A DNA stretch of 64,000 bases, from NCBI GenBank assembly GCA_040390065.1, contig JAZJZE010000009.1:128001-192000 (forward strand). Reading direction: 5' to 3'. The position numbers and the translations under genes are program-made. Below are positions 28,280 to 37,626 of this stretch, one piece after another (positions within the stretch are counted from its first letter, which is position 1; each line of letters begins with the position of its first letter). The notes beneath the pieces are model-generated. The model was not told the DNA's origin. It did not search any database and saw only the letters and a program-made list of their open reading frames with translations. Origin of the DNA: a bacterium. GTDB lineage: Archaea; Thermoplasmatota; E2; JACPAO01; JAHFTW01.

Positions 28280-29397
28280 GCCGCCTTCGCCGCGATCCAT
28301 TCCTGCTTGAAGCACTCGGCCAGCACGGCGTCGTCCTCCTTGAGCGGCAACTGTGCGGCGAGGTAGTCCGCGTAGGCGCCCTTGCCCTTCCAGGGCTGGC
28401 CGTCAATCGTGACTTCGGCGCCGACGTCGGGGCCGATGGCGCGGTGGAAATTCGCGACGGGCACGACGAGGCGCGCGGCGCCGTCCGGCAGGGACTTGTT
28501 GATGATGTCGACCTCGCGCACGATTTCCTGGCGGTACAGTTCGCGCGCCATCTGGTTGAGGAGATTCTTGTCGGGGACGTCCTGGTGGTCCGCCTCGTCG
28601 TAGCGGCCCTTCAAGCCCCACACGTACGCCCACTCGGAACTCGTGCTGCCGTCCTTGCCGAAGAGGTCGTACGCCGTCGGGATCCAGCGGTTGAAGCTGC
28701 GCTGCAGGACGGGGATGGGGACGACGCCGGACTTGACGATGCGGCGGAGTCCGTTGGAGCCCGTTCCGAGGTGGAAGGCCTCCTCCTTCAGCATCGGGCC
28801 CATGGACGCGGCCAGCGGCTTGAAGGCGGAGGTGGAGAGCATCTTGAGTTGGAACTTGCCGTCGCGGTCGACGAACATGGTGAAGACGAAGAAGTCCAGC
28901 CAGTTCTTGGTGGGCTCGTTGAATGAACCGAGCAGACGCGTCTGTTCGTTGGCGTCGCGCTGCAGCAACTTCTGGGCTTCGCGGGCGCCTTGTTCGCCGA
29001 AGTGCTCGACGAGCAGGTGGCACATCTGCCAGCCGTGGCGTTGCTCCTCGGCCATGATGCGCAATGCAGATTTCCTGTCGTACTCGGTCGGCGCCGAAGC
29101 GAGGAGGTGGCGCTGCTGTTCGACGGACGCGAACTCCGTGTCGCCTTGGACCGTGATGAGGTGCAGGAGCGCGTCGCGGATGTTCTGGTGCGGGATCTGC
29201 AATGGGCGCTCCCACTTCGGGCGGCCCTTGTAGTCGCCGAACTCGATGGCCGGATTCACGTTCTCGTAGTCGTACTTGGCCTCGAACTTGTAGTCGCCAA
29301 GCCACGCCGTGTCGAAGCCGACCTTCCTCTGCCAGTCCCCGAACTGCGCGACCCAGCCGTCGAAGTTGGCAGGCGGCGCTTGGGCGGTCCGTGTCAT
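28276..29397 (-). CDS. boxB: Benzoyl-CoA epoxidase subunit B-like diiron protein (BoxB/PaaA family)
   Basis: QGDTEFASVEQQRHL, AEEQRHGW, DRDGKFQL and MLKEEAFH, with two ExxH diiron motifs. Confidence 0.85.
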   Translation of the reverse strand: MTRTAQAPPANFDGWVAQFGDWQRKVGFDTAWLGDYKFEAKYDYENVNPAIEFGDYKGRPKWERPLQIPHQNIRDALLHLITVQGDTEFASVEQQRHLLASAPTEYDRKSALRIMAEEQRHGWQMCHLLVEHFGEQGAREAQKLLQRDANEQTRLLGSFNEPTKNWLDFFVFTMFVDRDGKFQLKMLSTSAFKPLAASMGPMLKEEAFHLGTGSNGLRRIVKSGVVPIPVLQRSFNRWIPTAYDLFGKDGSTSSEWAYVWGLKGRYDEADHQDVPDKNLLNQMARELYRQEIVREVDIINKSLPDGAARLVVPVANFHRAIGPDVGAEVTIDGQPWKGKGAYADYLAAQLPLKEDDAVLAECFKQEWIAAKAA

Positions 29398-29581
29398 CGG
29401 ATGATGGTTAGGTGTTGGCGGATATGAGGAGAGCGGTGGGACACTTCCTGGACTGGATGGGCTGGCTAAGTGTGGGCGGCCTAGGATTTCGGGGATTAAG
29501 CGGCGATGCTTGGGACTTGTCCCCGAACGAATGATTGGGACGGCCACGAGATGCCCCTGTTGAACTGGCTGCGTTGGTGCA

Positions 29582-30190
29582 TTAGGATTGGGACAACTTC
29601 TGGCGACCGGCGGCGACCCACCAGCCTGCCAGGCCAACGAAGGCGAGGCCTGCGGCCGCGAGTGCGAGGAATAAGACGAACAGTACGCCGTGCGATAACT
29701 CGGGTCCTTGATTGTCGCTTGCTACCGACTCAAACAGTCGAAACGCCCCTACGCCAACGGCCAGTCCGAGCACTTGCAGGGACCAGAATCCACCCGTTTC
29801 GAATACGAGGGCCGCCCATGCCGCAGCACAGACAGTCGCCGCAAGAACGAGTGCCATTATCCCCAGTGCAACCTCAATCCCCGTCTCCAAACCACATAGG
29901 TCGAGAGCCCACCCGCCTTGCGGTTTGCCGCAGTGTTCCGGATGGGTCAACGCCCACCCGAATGAGAAGATGGCAAGAGCGACTAGAAGGGCGGCCTGAA
30001 ACCCGCCAACCCATGCGGCAGCCTTTGCCACCCTCCGATGACCGGCAACCCGCCGCGTGTGCAATGCTGTTCGCACCTCGGCCAACATCCATCCACACGT
30101 CGGGCACGCCAGACCGGTGAATGACCTGGAACAGGTTGCACACCAGGTCCGGGCGCTTGGGGGATGAACCGAGGCCGCTGCACTGCTCAT
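29582..30190 (-). CDS. Zinc-ribbon membrane protein (lower GC)
   Basis: CATC...CPTC followed by 4-5 TM helices; atypical codon usage. Confidence 0.55.
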   Translation of the reverse strand: MSSAAASVHPPSARTWCATCSRSFTGLACPTCGWMLAEVRTALHTRRVAGHRRVAKAAAWVGGFQAALLVALAIFSFGWALTHPEHCGKPQGGWALDLCGLETGIEVALGIMALVLAATVCAAAWAALVFETGGFWSLQVLGLAVGVGAFRLFESVASDNQGPELSHGVLFVLFLALAAAGLAFVGLAGWWVAAGRQKLSQS

Positions 30191-30401
30191 GGGCCTATAC
30201 CTCACACCAGGAAGCGTCCTCAAGGTTTCGGGGTCGCCGCAAGCCGGGGCCGTAGGCTGCGACTAAGCAGGCCCCCCGCACCCCTTCCTTCCCCTCACTT
30301 TCCAGAAGGCCATGGCTGCGTGCCCCACCGGGCGCGCTCCAAGTCCCAACAATCGCCGTTGGCATCCCCGAAATCCCAGGCCGCCCGACGCCTAGGGTTT
30401 C

Positions 30402-30464
30402 AAACCACTGAACTCACTGAACCCACTGAACGCCGTTTCAGTGAGTTCAGTGGTTTCAGTGGTT
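30402..30464. repeat. 9-bp-periodic palindrome (CACTGAAC units)
   Basis: Three units plus three inverted units; same family at 63969-63995. Confidence 0.85.
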
Positions 30465-30487
30465 CGTCCGTCGTCGGCGTCGGAGGC

Positions 30488-30510
30488 CTAGGCGGCCTTC
30501 GCCATCTTGC
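30488..30510 (-). repeat. Duplicate of the desaturase 3' end
   Basis: 21/23 identity to 31109-31131, including the stop (KMAKAA* vs KMAKAV*). Confidence 0.75.
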
Positions 30511-30583
30511 TCGTCGGTCGCCTTGCAGGCGGTGCCGCCTGACATGAGACGGGCCCTGGGGGACGGCGAAGTCGCCGCGCGAC

Positions 30584-31066
30584 CTACCGCCGGGCCGGGG
30601 GCGGAAGTGGCGGGCGCTGGGTGGCGGGCTGTCCGGGCGGGCGCGGCGTCTTGGCCGCGTTCTGCAGCGTCGCTGTCGGACGGGCGACCGGGGCGCGACC
30701 CCGTGTTTGTGCCGCCGGCTGCGTGGCTGCAAGCGGACCGCCTGGCATGCGTTGCAGGACGGCCGTCAGGTGCGCAGACAGGTCACGCGAGATGGTCGAG
30801 ATGGAGAGGCCGTACAGGGCGCCGCCGATTGCGCCGAAGGCCATGAAGGGCATCGCCCATGGAGCGGGTTGGGCCGTGACGGTGATTCGCGTGTCGTTCT
30901 TCTTGGCGCGGGCCTTGACGAAGACGTTGACGCGGGCCTTGCCATCACGGACCTTGAGCATGCGTTTTCCCTGGGCCTCCACGACGGCGCTCGCCGGCAG
31001 GGAGCCGCGCACGACGGCCGCCACGGCGGCGAGGTTAGCTAGACCGCGGACGAAGAACTTGGCCAC
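30584..31066 (-). CDS. Hypothetical cargo protein with one hydrophobic segment
   Basis: 160-aa ORF bracketed by the desaturase-end duplication. Confidence 0.6.
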   Translation of the reverse strand: MAKFFVRGLANLAAVAAVVRGSLPASAVVEAQGKRMLKVRDGKARVNVFVKARAKKNDTRITVTAQPAPWAMPFMAFGAIGGALYGLSISTISRDLSAHLTAVLQRMPGGPLAATQPAAQTRGRAPVARPTATLQNAAKTPRPPGQPATQRPPLPPPARR

Positions 31067-31108
31067 GGTGGCCCTGACCCCCGCGTTGCAATAAGGGTTC
31101 CTTCCGGT

Positions 31109-32107
31109 CTAGACGGCTTTCGCCATCTTGCGCGCCTTGGCCTTGACGGCCCGCTTCTCGGCGCGCTCTTGCCTCGTCGGCATGTGGATCTTCTTGATCT
31201 GGCCGAGGGCCTGCAGGACGCGGATGGTGTACTTGCCGATGTCCACCTGGTACCAGCGCATGCCGATGAAGGCGGCGCGCGGGAAGGCATGGTGGTTGTT
31301 GTGCCAGCCCTCGCCCCAGCCGAGGAGGGCGACGGCGAAGTTGTTGGTGGCCTTGTCGTTGATGGCGAAGGGGCGCGTGCCGAACATGTGGCCGAGGGAG
31401 TTGACGCTCCACGTGATGTGGTGGCCGAGGAAGACGCGCACCAGACCGCCCCACAGGAAGCCGTCGGCGAAGCCCCAGAGGCCCCAGAGGGTGAATTGGG
31501 CGTGGCCGATGACGAGCCAGCCGATGAATCCCGGAATCAGGAGGCCGAGGGTGGCCCAGAGGACCCAGGTCTTGCTGACGAAGCGCGTCACGGGGTCGGC
31601 CATGAGTTTGTCGTGGGCGAGGCCGTTGCGGACGAAGCGGTCGCGCAGGAGCCAACCGAAGTGCGCGTGCCAGAAGCCTTCGAGGGGGCTGTGGGGGTCG
31701 CCTTCGCGGTCGGCTTTGGCGTGGTGGCGGATGTGGGTCGCGGCCCAGTCGGCGCACGGGCCCTGCATGGACATCGTGCCGGCAACGAGGAGCGCGAACT
31801 TCGTGGGGGCGCGGACGTCGACGGAGCGGTGGGTGAGCATGCGGTGGAAGCCGACGGAGATACCGAGGCCAGTGATGGTCCACATCGCCGCGAGGATGGT
31901 GAGCTCGAAGACGCCGACGTGGATGCCCCAGAACGACCACACGGCGAAGCCGAAGGCCAGCAGGGGGAGGATGACGAACGTCAGGACCAGGAGCTTGTTC
32001 CACCAGGGGTCGCGGTGGAACGGGAACGGGTCGGCGGGCGCCACATCGAGGTCGGGGTCCAAGGGAGTCCTCAGTTTCGTTCTAAAAGCAGGTGCAAAGC
32101 GTTGCAT
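31109..32107 (-). CDS. Membrane acyl-CoA delta-9 desaturase family protein
   Basis: His boxes HRMLTH, HIRHH and HNNHH; DPHSP; start uncertain (32045-32107). Confidence 0.94.
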   Translation of the reverse strand: MQRFAPAFRTKLRTPLDPDLDVAPADPFPFHRDPWWNKLLVLTFVILPLLAFGFAVWSFWGIHVGVFELTILAAMWTITGLGISVGFHRMLTHRSVDVRAPTKFALLVAGTMSMQGPCADWAATHIRHHAKADREGDPHSPLEGFWHAHFGWLLRDRFVRNGLAHDKLMADPVTRFVSKTWVLWATLGLLIPGFIGWLVIGHAQFTLWGLWGFADGFLWGGLVRVFLGHHITWSVNSLGHMFGTRPFAINDKATNNFAVALLGWGEGWHNNHHAFPRAAFIGMRWYQVDIGKYTIRVLQALGQIKKIHMPTRQERAEKRAVKAKARKMAKAV

Positions 32108-32159
32108 TGCTTTCAGGACGGAAGTTAGATGAGCGTTGAAAGGTATAAGCAACCCGGTT

Positions 32160-32720
32160 ATGGGCTCCACCCCAAGTATCCGGCGCGACACCAAGGCGGC
32201 GCCGCCAACACCGCCAGTAAAGAAAGCGGGCGGCCCCCACGTCCAGCGCACCGACGCCGAGCAGTCGGCCATGAACGAGGTGATGATCACGCGCCTCGAC
32301 AACTTCCTCGACGAACTCGCCGAAGGCCACCGCAAGGCGATGGACCAGGTCGTGACTTGGCTGACCGGCTACGGCAACCTCGAAGCCGAGATCCAGAAAT
32401 CCGTCGAAGCCCTCAATCCGCTCCTGCAGAAATGGAGCATCGAGATCTGCTTCCTCCTGCGCATGAAAGAGCCGCGGCGCTTCAACGAACTCAAGGAGAA
32501 CCTGCCCGGCATCGGCAGCCGGACGCTCAGCCAGCGCCTCAAGGAACTGGAGGGGCAAGGCATCGTCAGCCGCAAGGCCTTCGCCGAAGTCCCGGTCCGC
32601 GTCGAGTATAGCCTCACGCCGAAGGGAAAACGCATGGGCGACCTCTTCCTGCCCATCATCGCACACTTGCGCATCACGGGTTGGCGCGAGGAGATTGCGC
32701 GCCGCGGTGTCAAAGCATAG
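32160..32720 (+). CDS. HxlR-family winged-helix regulator
   Basis: KWSIEI, RRFNEL, LSQRLKELE and PVRVEYSLTPKG motifs. Confidence 0.92.
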   Translation: MGSTPSIRRDTKAAPPTPPVKKAGGPHVQRTDAEQSAMNEVMITRLDNFLDELAEGHRKAMDQVVTWLTGYGNLEAEIQKSVEALNPLLQKWSIEICFLLRMKEPRRFNELKENLPGIGSRTLSQRLKELEGQGIVSRKAFAEVPVRVEYSLTPKGKRMGDLFLPIIAHLRITGWREEIARRGVKA

Positions 32721-32743
32721 TCAGGCATCGGTGCCGCTCCCTT

Positions 32744-32801
32744 TGTCAACAGATGGAACCGATGACCACCGTATCTGTTGGATCTGTTTCATCTGTTGAC
32801 A
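32744..32801. repeat. 9-bp-periodic palindrome (ACAGATG units), possible terminator
   Basis: TGTCAACAGATG...CATCTGTTGACA between convergent genes. Confidence 0.75.
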
Positions 32802-32819
32802 AGTCGGCGGCGGCGGAGG

Positions 32820-33296
32820 CTACGACGAACCCCAACCCGGCTTGCTCGCCGCCTGCTTGATCCACGACGTGATCTTGGCCTCGTCGAATGCGTCGCCCTC
32901 GCGGAGGTCCAACGCCCGGGTCTTGCCACTCTCGCCGACGGGGGGCACCGGCTTGAGGGAGGTGCCGTTGAAGAACAGGACCTTGAAGTGCTTGGAGAAG
33001 CCGCCCGTCGAGAGGAACCAGCCCTTGCCTTCGACGCCGTAGAAGGGCGTGTGCCACTTGATGGCGCGGCGGGCGTGGGGGACTTCCTCCGTGACGATGG
33101 CGTCGACTTGCAGGGCGATGGCGCGCTGCCACGCGGGCAAGACCGCGATGTAGGCGCGTACCGGACCCTCACCCTCGGCCTTCGCCGCCACCGGCCTGTC
33201 CGCCCGGGCCGACTTGCCCTTCGGGGCCGCGGTGCGCTTCGCCTGCTTGGCGGAGGCCTTCGGCTTGCGAGCCTTTGCCGTCTTCTTGGCTGCCAT
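32820..33296 (-). CDS. DUF1801 protein with a basic N-terminal tail
   Basis: VRAYIAVLPAWQR, IKWHTPFYG and FFNGTSLKPVPP motifs. Confidence 0.85.
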   Translation of the reverse strand: MAAKKTAKARKPKASAKQAKRTAAPKGKSARADRPVAAKAEGEGPVRAYIAVLPAWQRAIALQVDAIVTEEVPHARRAIKWHTPFYGVEGKGWFLSTGGFSKHFKVLFFNGTSLKPVPPVGESGKTRALDLREGDAFDEAKITSWIKQAASKPGWGSS

Positions 33297-33395
33297 GGTG
33301 GGGGCCAAGCGGGGCCCAGGTGTAAAGACGACGGCGCCCGCGGCGCTCCCACCCCAACCCCCAAGTAGCAGGCGGTCGTCGAAGCGCCTGGCCCC

Positions 33396-34421
33396 ATGGA
33401 ACTCTTCGGTTACGACCTGAACTTCGAGGAATTGCTGCCGCGCATCAAGGCGGAGCATCCGGGCCTCGCCACCATCGGCTTGCAGTTCCCCGACGGTCTT
33501 CGCGACTACGCCACCAAGATTGGGGAGATCGTGCAACGCGAAACGGGCGCGCTTGCCGTCCTCTCGGCCGACCCTTGCTACGGTGCCTGCGACTTGTGCG
33601 ACGACGAGATGGCGAAGATCGGCGTCAAGGTCATGATCCACTTCGGCCACAGCCCGATGCCGTCCGTCAAGACCGATTTCGGGGTCCAGGTCTACTACGT
33701 CCCCGCGCACAGCGTGCACCCCATCGAGGAGGTCGTGCGCGCCGCGTGCAAGCAGATGAAAGGCCCGCGCATTGGTGTGACGACGACGGCGCAGCACGTC
33801 CACAAGCTGGACGTGGCCGAGACGATTCTTCGCGAGCACGGCTTCGAGCCCGTGACGATGCTGGGCGACAAGCGCACGGCCCTGCGCGGGCAGCTCCTCG
33901 GCTGCAACGTCCTCGCCGCCGTCAAGTGCGACGTCGACGAGTTCATCTTCATCGGCAGCGGCGACTTCCACCCGCTCGCCCTCGCCCTCGAGACGGAGAA
34001 GCGCATCACCGCCGCGGACCCGTACACGAACACCGTACGCACCCTGACCGAGGCGAAGGGCCGCATCTTGAAGCAGCGCTGGGCCGCCATCGGGAAGGCC
34101 AAGGACGCCAAGACCTTCGGCATCGTCGTCTCCACCAAGGCCGGGCAGATGCGCTTCAACCTCGCCAAGAAGGTCCTCGCCCAGATCGAGGCGGCAGGCA
34201 AGCAGGGTTTCGTCATCCAGAACAAGCAGATCTCGCCGGAGACGCTGCTGTACTTCCGCCACCTCGACGCCTTCGTGGGTGTGGCATGCCCGCGGGTGCC
34301 GATCGACGACCAGGGCCGCTACAAGCAGCCGTTCCTGACACCGCAGGAATTGGAGATCGTCCTCGGCTTGCGCCCCATGGAGCACTACGTCTTCGACGAA
34401 TTCAGCGCCGACGCCAACTAG
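33396..34421 (+). CDS. dph2: Diphthamide biosynthesis enzyme Dph2
   Basis: LQFPDGL, CYGACD, HFGHS, GQLLGC and ACPRVPIDD motifs. Confidence 0.96.
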   Translation: MELFGYDLNFEELLPRIKAEHPGLATIGLQFPDGLRDYATKIGEIVQRETGALAVLSADPCYGACDLCDDEMAKIGVKVMIHFGHSPMPSVKTDFGVQVYYVPAHSVHPIEEVVRAACKQMKGPRIGVTTTAQHVHKLDVAETILREHGFEPVTMLGDKRTALRGQLLGCNVLAAVKCDVDEFIFIGSGDFHPLALALETEKRITAADPYTNTVRTLTEAKGRILKQRWAAIGKAKDAKTFGIVVSTKAGQMRFNLAKKVLAQIEAAGKQGFVIQNKQISPETLLYFRHLDAFVGVACPRVPIDDQGRYKQPFLTPQELEIVLGLRPMEHYVFDEFSADAN

Positions 34422-34463
34422 AACGAAAAGAAGGAAAGAGGGGAAAAGGAGGACTTGTCCGAC

Positions 34464-35546
34464 CTAGACCGGGCACGATCCGCCCGTGGCGTACGCCGTC
34501 GTGGCCGTGCAAGTGGCTGTGACGGCGGTCGTGGCGATGCCGACCGTGGTGGTGGCGTAACCAGTCATCGTGCCAGCGTAGGCCGTCGCCTGGGCCAATT
34601 CGTACGCGGCGTAGGCTTCGGCGAACGCGACGGCGCCCGTCGCGGTGGTGCCCACGTTGGACGTGAACGTCTTCGTCGCGCTGGCCGCCGCGACGAGGCC
34701 GCCTTGCGCGAGGTCGCACGAGCCGCCCGCGTAGCGCTCCGCATCGCCCACGATGCCGCCATCGGTGCGGCTGATGGGAACGGGGCAGTGGCCCGGCGCG
34801 GGGCCCGCCGCAATGAAGTCGCATTGGCTGGGGCCGAGGAGGAAGTTGCACAGCAGACCGGCTTGGCCAACGCCTTGGCCTAGTGCAATCGTCTCCAGAC
34901 TGTTGACGTAGGCCTGGATCCACGGCGGCGTGATGAAGGAGCAGCCACCCGTGCAGGGGATCTGCGACGTCACGAACGTGACGGTCGTGGCGACGGCCTG
35001 GCCGGCGACGCCGGCCACGGCGCCTGCCGCCTGGCACATGATGGTGGCGACTTGTTCGGCGTACGCGATGGTCGCGCCGATCGTCCCGCCTACGGGTGAC
35101 GGCGGGTACGAGCACTGGGGCGGCAGCGGGCACGCGATGGTGGCGCCGTTTGCGCTCAGGCAGCCCGTCGCAGGGTCGACACCGATGCACTGGGTCGTCG
35201 GCGGGGCCGAGCCGACGCCGACCGTGACGCAGACGTCCGTCGGCTGGGACGGGTCGATGTTGAGCAGCGGGAAGCAGGGGCAGTAGTACGGCGGCAGGGG
35301 AATGCCAGTCTCCGAGACCTGGCAATACTGGTTGACGCTGGCCTGCACGTTGGCGTGGTTGCCCAAGCTGTGGACCTCGACGCCGACCTGCAGCGGGAGG
35401 CAGCGGATCGTCGGGCAAATCTCCTGGGAACAGATGATGAGGCAGTCGATGCCGCAAACGGACGGGTCGGCAGCGGCGGGCGCCGGAATGGCAGCCACGG
35501 CGCCGAGGCAAAGGACGGCGGCAATGAGGGATGTCTTGGTTTTCAT
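34464..35546 (-). CDS. Secreted Cys-rich protein with Ala/Thr helical repeats
   Basis: Signal peptide MKTKTSLIAAVLCL...AAA; about two dozen Cys. Confidence 0.75.
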   Translation of the reverse strand: MKTKTSLIAAVLCLGAVAAIPAPAAADPSVCGIDCLIICSQEICPTIRCLPLQVGVEVHSLGNHANVQASVNQYCQVSETGIPLPPYYCPCFPLLNIDPSQPTDVCVTVGVGSAPPTTQCIGVDPATGCLSANGATIACPLPPQCSYPPSPVGGTIGATIAYAEQVATIMCQAAGAVAGVAGQAVATTVTFVTSQIPCTGGCSFITPPWIQAYVNSLETIALGQGVGQAGLLCNFLLGPSQCDFIAAGPAPGHCPVPISRTDGGIVGDAERYAGGSCDLAQGGLVAAASATKTFTSNVGTTATGAVAFAEAYAAYELAQATAYAGTMTGYATTTVGIATTAVTATCTATTAYATGGSCPV

Positions 35547-35640
35547 GCGGTTGTCTCCGTCCGCCAAGATCGGGCGGACCAATCCGCGATGGTGCACTCC
35601 ACTAATACATTTGCCCGGAGTGGATACAATGGGCCGGAAT

Positions 35641-36225
35641 TCAGGCCGACCGGCGTCGGGCCAGAGCCGCGAGACCAACGATGCCCGCCGCCAACAGGGG
35701 GCCGACGGTGGGACTCGCCTTCTCGGTATCGGCCAGTGCGACGACCTCCTTGTCGGGCGCCTTCACGAGGAAATGCGTGCTTACGACGGCGTCGCCGGGT
35801 GACCGGTTGAGGTTGTCCTGGGCGTTCGCGCGCACCTGGAAGACCAGCACCTCGTCCGCTTGCGTGAAGTTCTCCCCGAGGTCGGAGCGCGCCGTGGCAT
35901 CCATCTTGCCCTCCACGGTCTGGCTGGGATTCTGCGTGCACACCATCTGGGGCAAGGCGACGGCCGTGGGGCCGGTGACGGTGAGCACGCCGCTCGTCGC
36001 CACGACGTGGATCTCGACGGTGCCGGCGGGGAGGACCTGGCCGGGCGACGTGCAGCCGCGAGTGGCCGTGATGGTCAGGCCGGAGTGCTCTCCGGGGGCT
36101 AGGGTGGTGGCCCCGTTCACCTTGACGTCGGCGGTGAACACGGAGGACGGCTGCGCCTGTGCGGCGACTTGGCCGACAAGGACGGTCGCGATGCAGGCCA
36201 GTGCAAAGGCGTGGTGGGCTCGCAT
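35641..36225 (-). CDS. Secreted protein with C-terminal sorting-like signal
   Basis: Signal peptide; KASP, TM helix, RRR. Confidence 0.78.
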   Translation of the reverse strand: MRAHHAFALACIATVLVGQVAAQAQPSSVFTADVKVNGATTLAPGEHSGLTITATRGCTSPGQVLPAGTVEIHVVATSGVLTVTGPTAVALPQMVCTQNPSQTVEGKMDATARSDLGENFTQADEVLVFQVRANAQDNLNRSPGDAVVSTHFLVKAPDKEVVALADTEKASPTVGPLLAAGIVGLAALARRRSA

Positions 36226-36303
36226 GGGGGCGACACCGCCTCCTACGCAATATGAAGCGTCTGGGGAAGGCGCTGGAATGTAGGCGCGACGATGAAACGT
36301 CCG

Positions 36304-36939
36304 CTACGAGAATGCGTCCGTGGCCATGTCGAGGTGCGCCGTGTCGTTCAGCCGCTCCACCCGCACATCGCCATTGACGGCCAGTTCCGTGATGCTCGCA
36401 TTGGCCTGCGGGAAGTCCTCGAGGCGCGTCAGGCCCGCCCCCGTCAGCGTCGCGATGAGAACGCGGTTGATGCGGCCATGGGCGACGACGGCGACCGTCG
36501 CGGCGCGCGCCTGGTCACGCAGCCGCTGCGCAAAGGGGCGGATGCGGTGTTGGGCGAGGATGGCCGACTCGCCGCCGGGAAAACTCTGGTCCGTGAAGCC
36601 CATCTTCCATGCGTCGAGGACCTGCTCCATCTCGCCCTCCACGTCGTCGTAGCGCCGGCCGGCGAAGTCGCCGTAGTCCATCTCGTACAATTCCGGCACG
36701 ACTTGCACTGGCAGTCCTGTGACCGTGTGGCCGCGCACGACCGCCGTTGCCGTCTGCCGCGCCCGCGCCATGGGGCTGGAGTAGACGACCCCGAGCGGCT
36801 CGTTGGCGAGGGCAGCGGCCAGCGACTCGGCCTGCCGCAGACCCAGTGCGGACAATTCGGCGTCGATGCGGGGGCCCTGGATGATGCGGTCGCGGTTGGC
36901 AACCGTCTCGCCGTGCCGCACAAGGAGGATGCGTCCCAT
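36304..36939 (-). CDS. Histidine phosphatase family protein
   Basis: RHGET, SSPMARA, FPGGES and AHG motifs. Confidence 0.93.
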   Translation of the reverse strand: MGRILLVRHGETVANRDRIIQGPRIDAELSALGLRQAESLAAALANEPLGVVYSSPMARARQTATAVVRGHTVTGLPVQVVPELYEMDYGDFAGRRYDDVEGEMEQVLDAWKMGFTDQSFPGGESAILAQHRIRPFAQRLRDQARAATVAVVAHGRINRVLIATLTGAGLTRLEDFPQANASITELAVNGDVRVERLNDTAHLDMATDAFS

Positions 36940-36996
36940 CGCCGGTCCCCGCTTGGCCCTGTGCAATCATAAGGCATCTGGTGCTGGCCGCAATCC

Positions 36997-37626
36997 GTGC
37001 AGCGCCGCGAACTGGAGGCAAAGCTCGCTGCCGTGCCTCGCCACGCGGCGCCACGCCCCGAACTCGAGCAGTACCGCACGCCGGACGCCGTGGCCGCGGA
37101 ACTGCTGTTGGCGGCCAGCGCGGACGGCGCCATCCGCGGCAGGAACGTCCTCGACCTCGGCTGCGGGACAGGCGTCCTTGCCATCGGCGCAGCACTCCTT
37201 GGCGCGACACTCGCGACGGGCGTCGACGTCGACCCGGACGCCATCGCCTTGGCCCAAGGGGCTGCCGCCGATGCCGGTGTCGTGCAGCGGACCTGGTTCA
37301 TCGTCGCCGACATCGCCGCATGGCATGCGGATCCCACGGGGTTCGACACGGTCGTCATGAATCCGCCCTTCGGCGCGCAGAAGGCCAACCGGCACGCCGA
37401 CCGGCTCTTCCTCGAACGCGCCTCGCAAGCCGTCAAGCCGCGTGACGGAACCGTGTGGTTCCTGGCGCAGGAGCGCACGGAACGGTTCCTGGGCAAGTAC
37501 GCAGCCGAACTCGGCGGCCGACTGGAACGCATCGCCGTCTGGGACTATCCACTCGAGGACACGATGGCGCACCACGCCGAAGCGGCGCGCCTCGTCCGGG
37601 TGGGCGGCTACCGGCTCGCTTTCTGA
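36997..37626 (+). CDS. METTL5-like RNA m6A methyltransferase
   Basis: LEQYRTP, DLGCGTG and MNPPFG motifs. Confidence 0.92.
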   Translation: MQRRELEAKLAAVPRHAAPRPELEQYRTPDAVAAELLLAASADGAIRGRNVLDLGCGTGVLAIGAALLGATLATGVDVDPDAIALAQGAAADAGVVQRTWFIVADIAAWHADPTGFDTVVMNPPFGAQKANRHADRLFLERASQAVKPRDGTVWFLAQERTERFLGKYAAELGGRLERIAVWDYPLEDTMAHHAEAARLVRVGGYRLAF

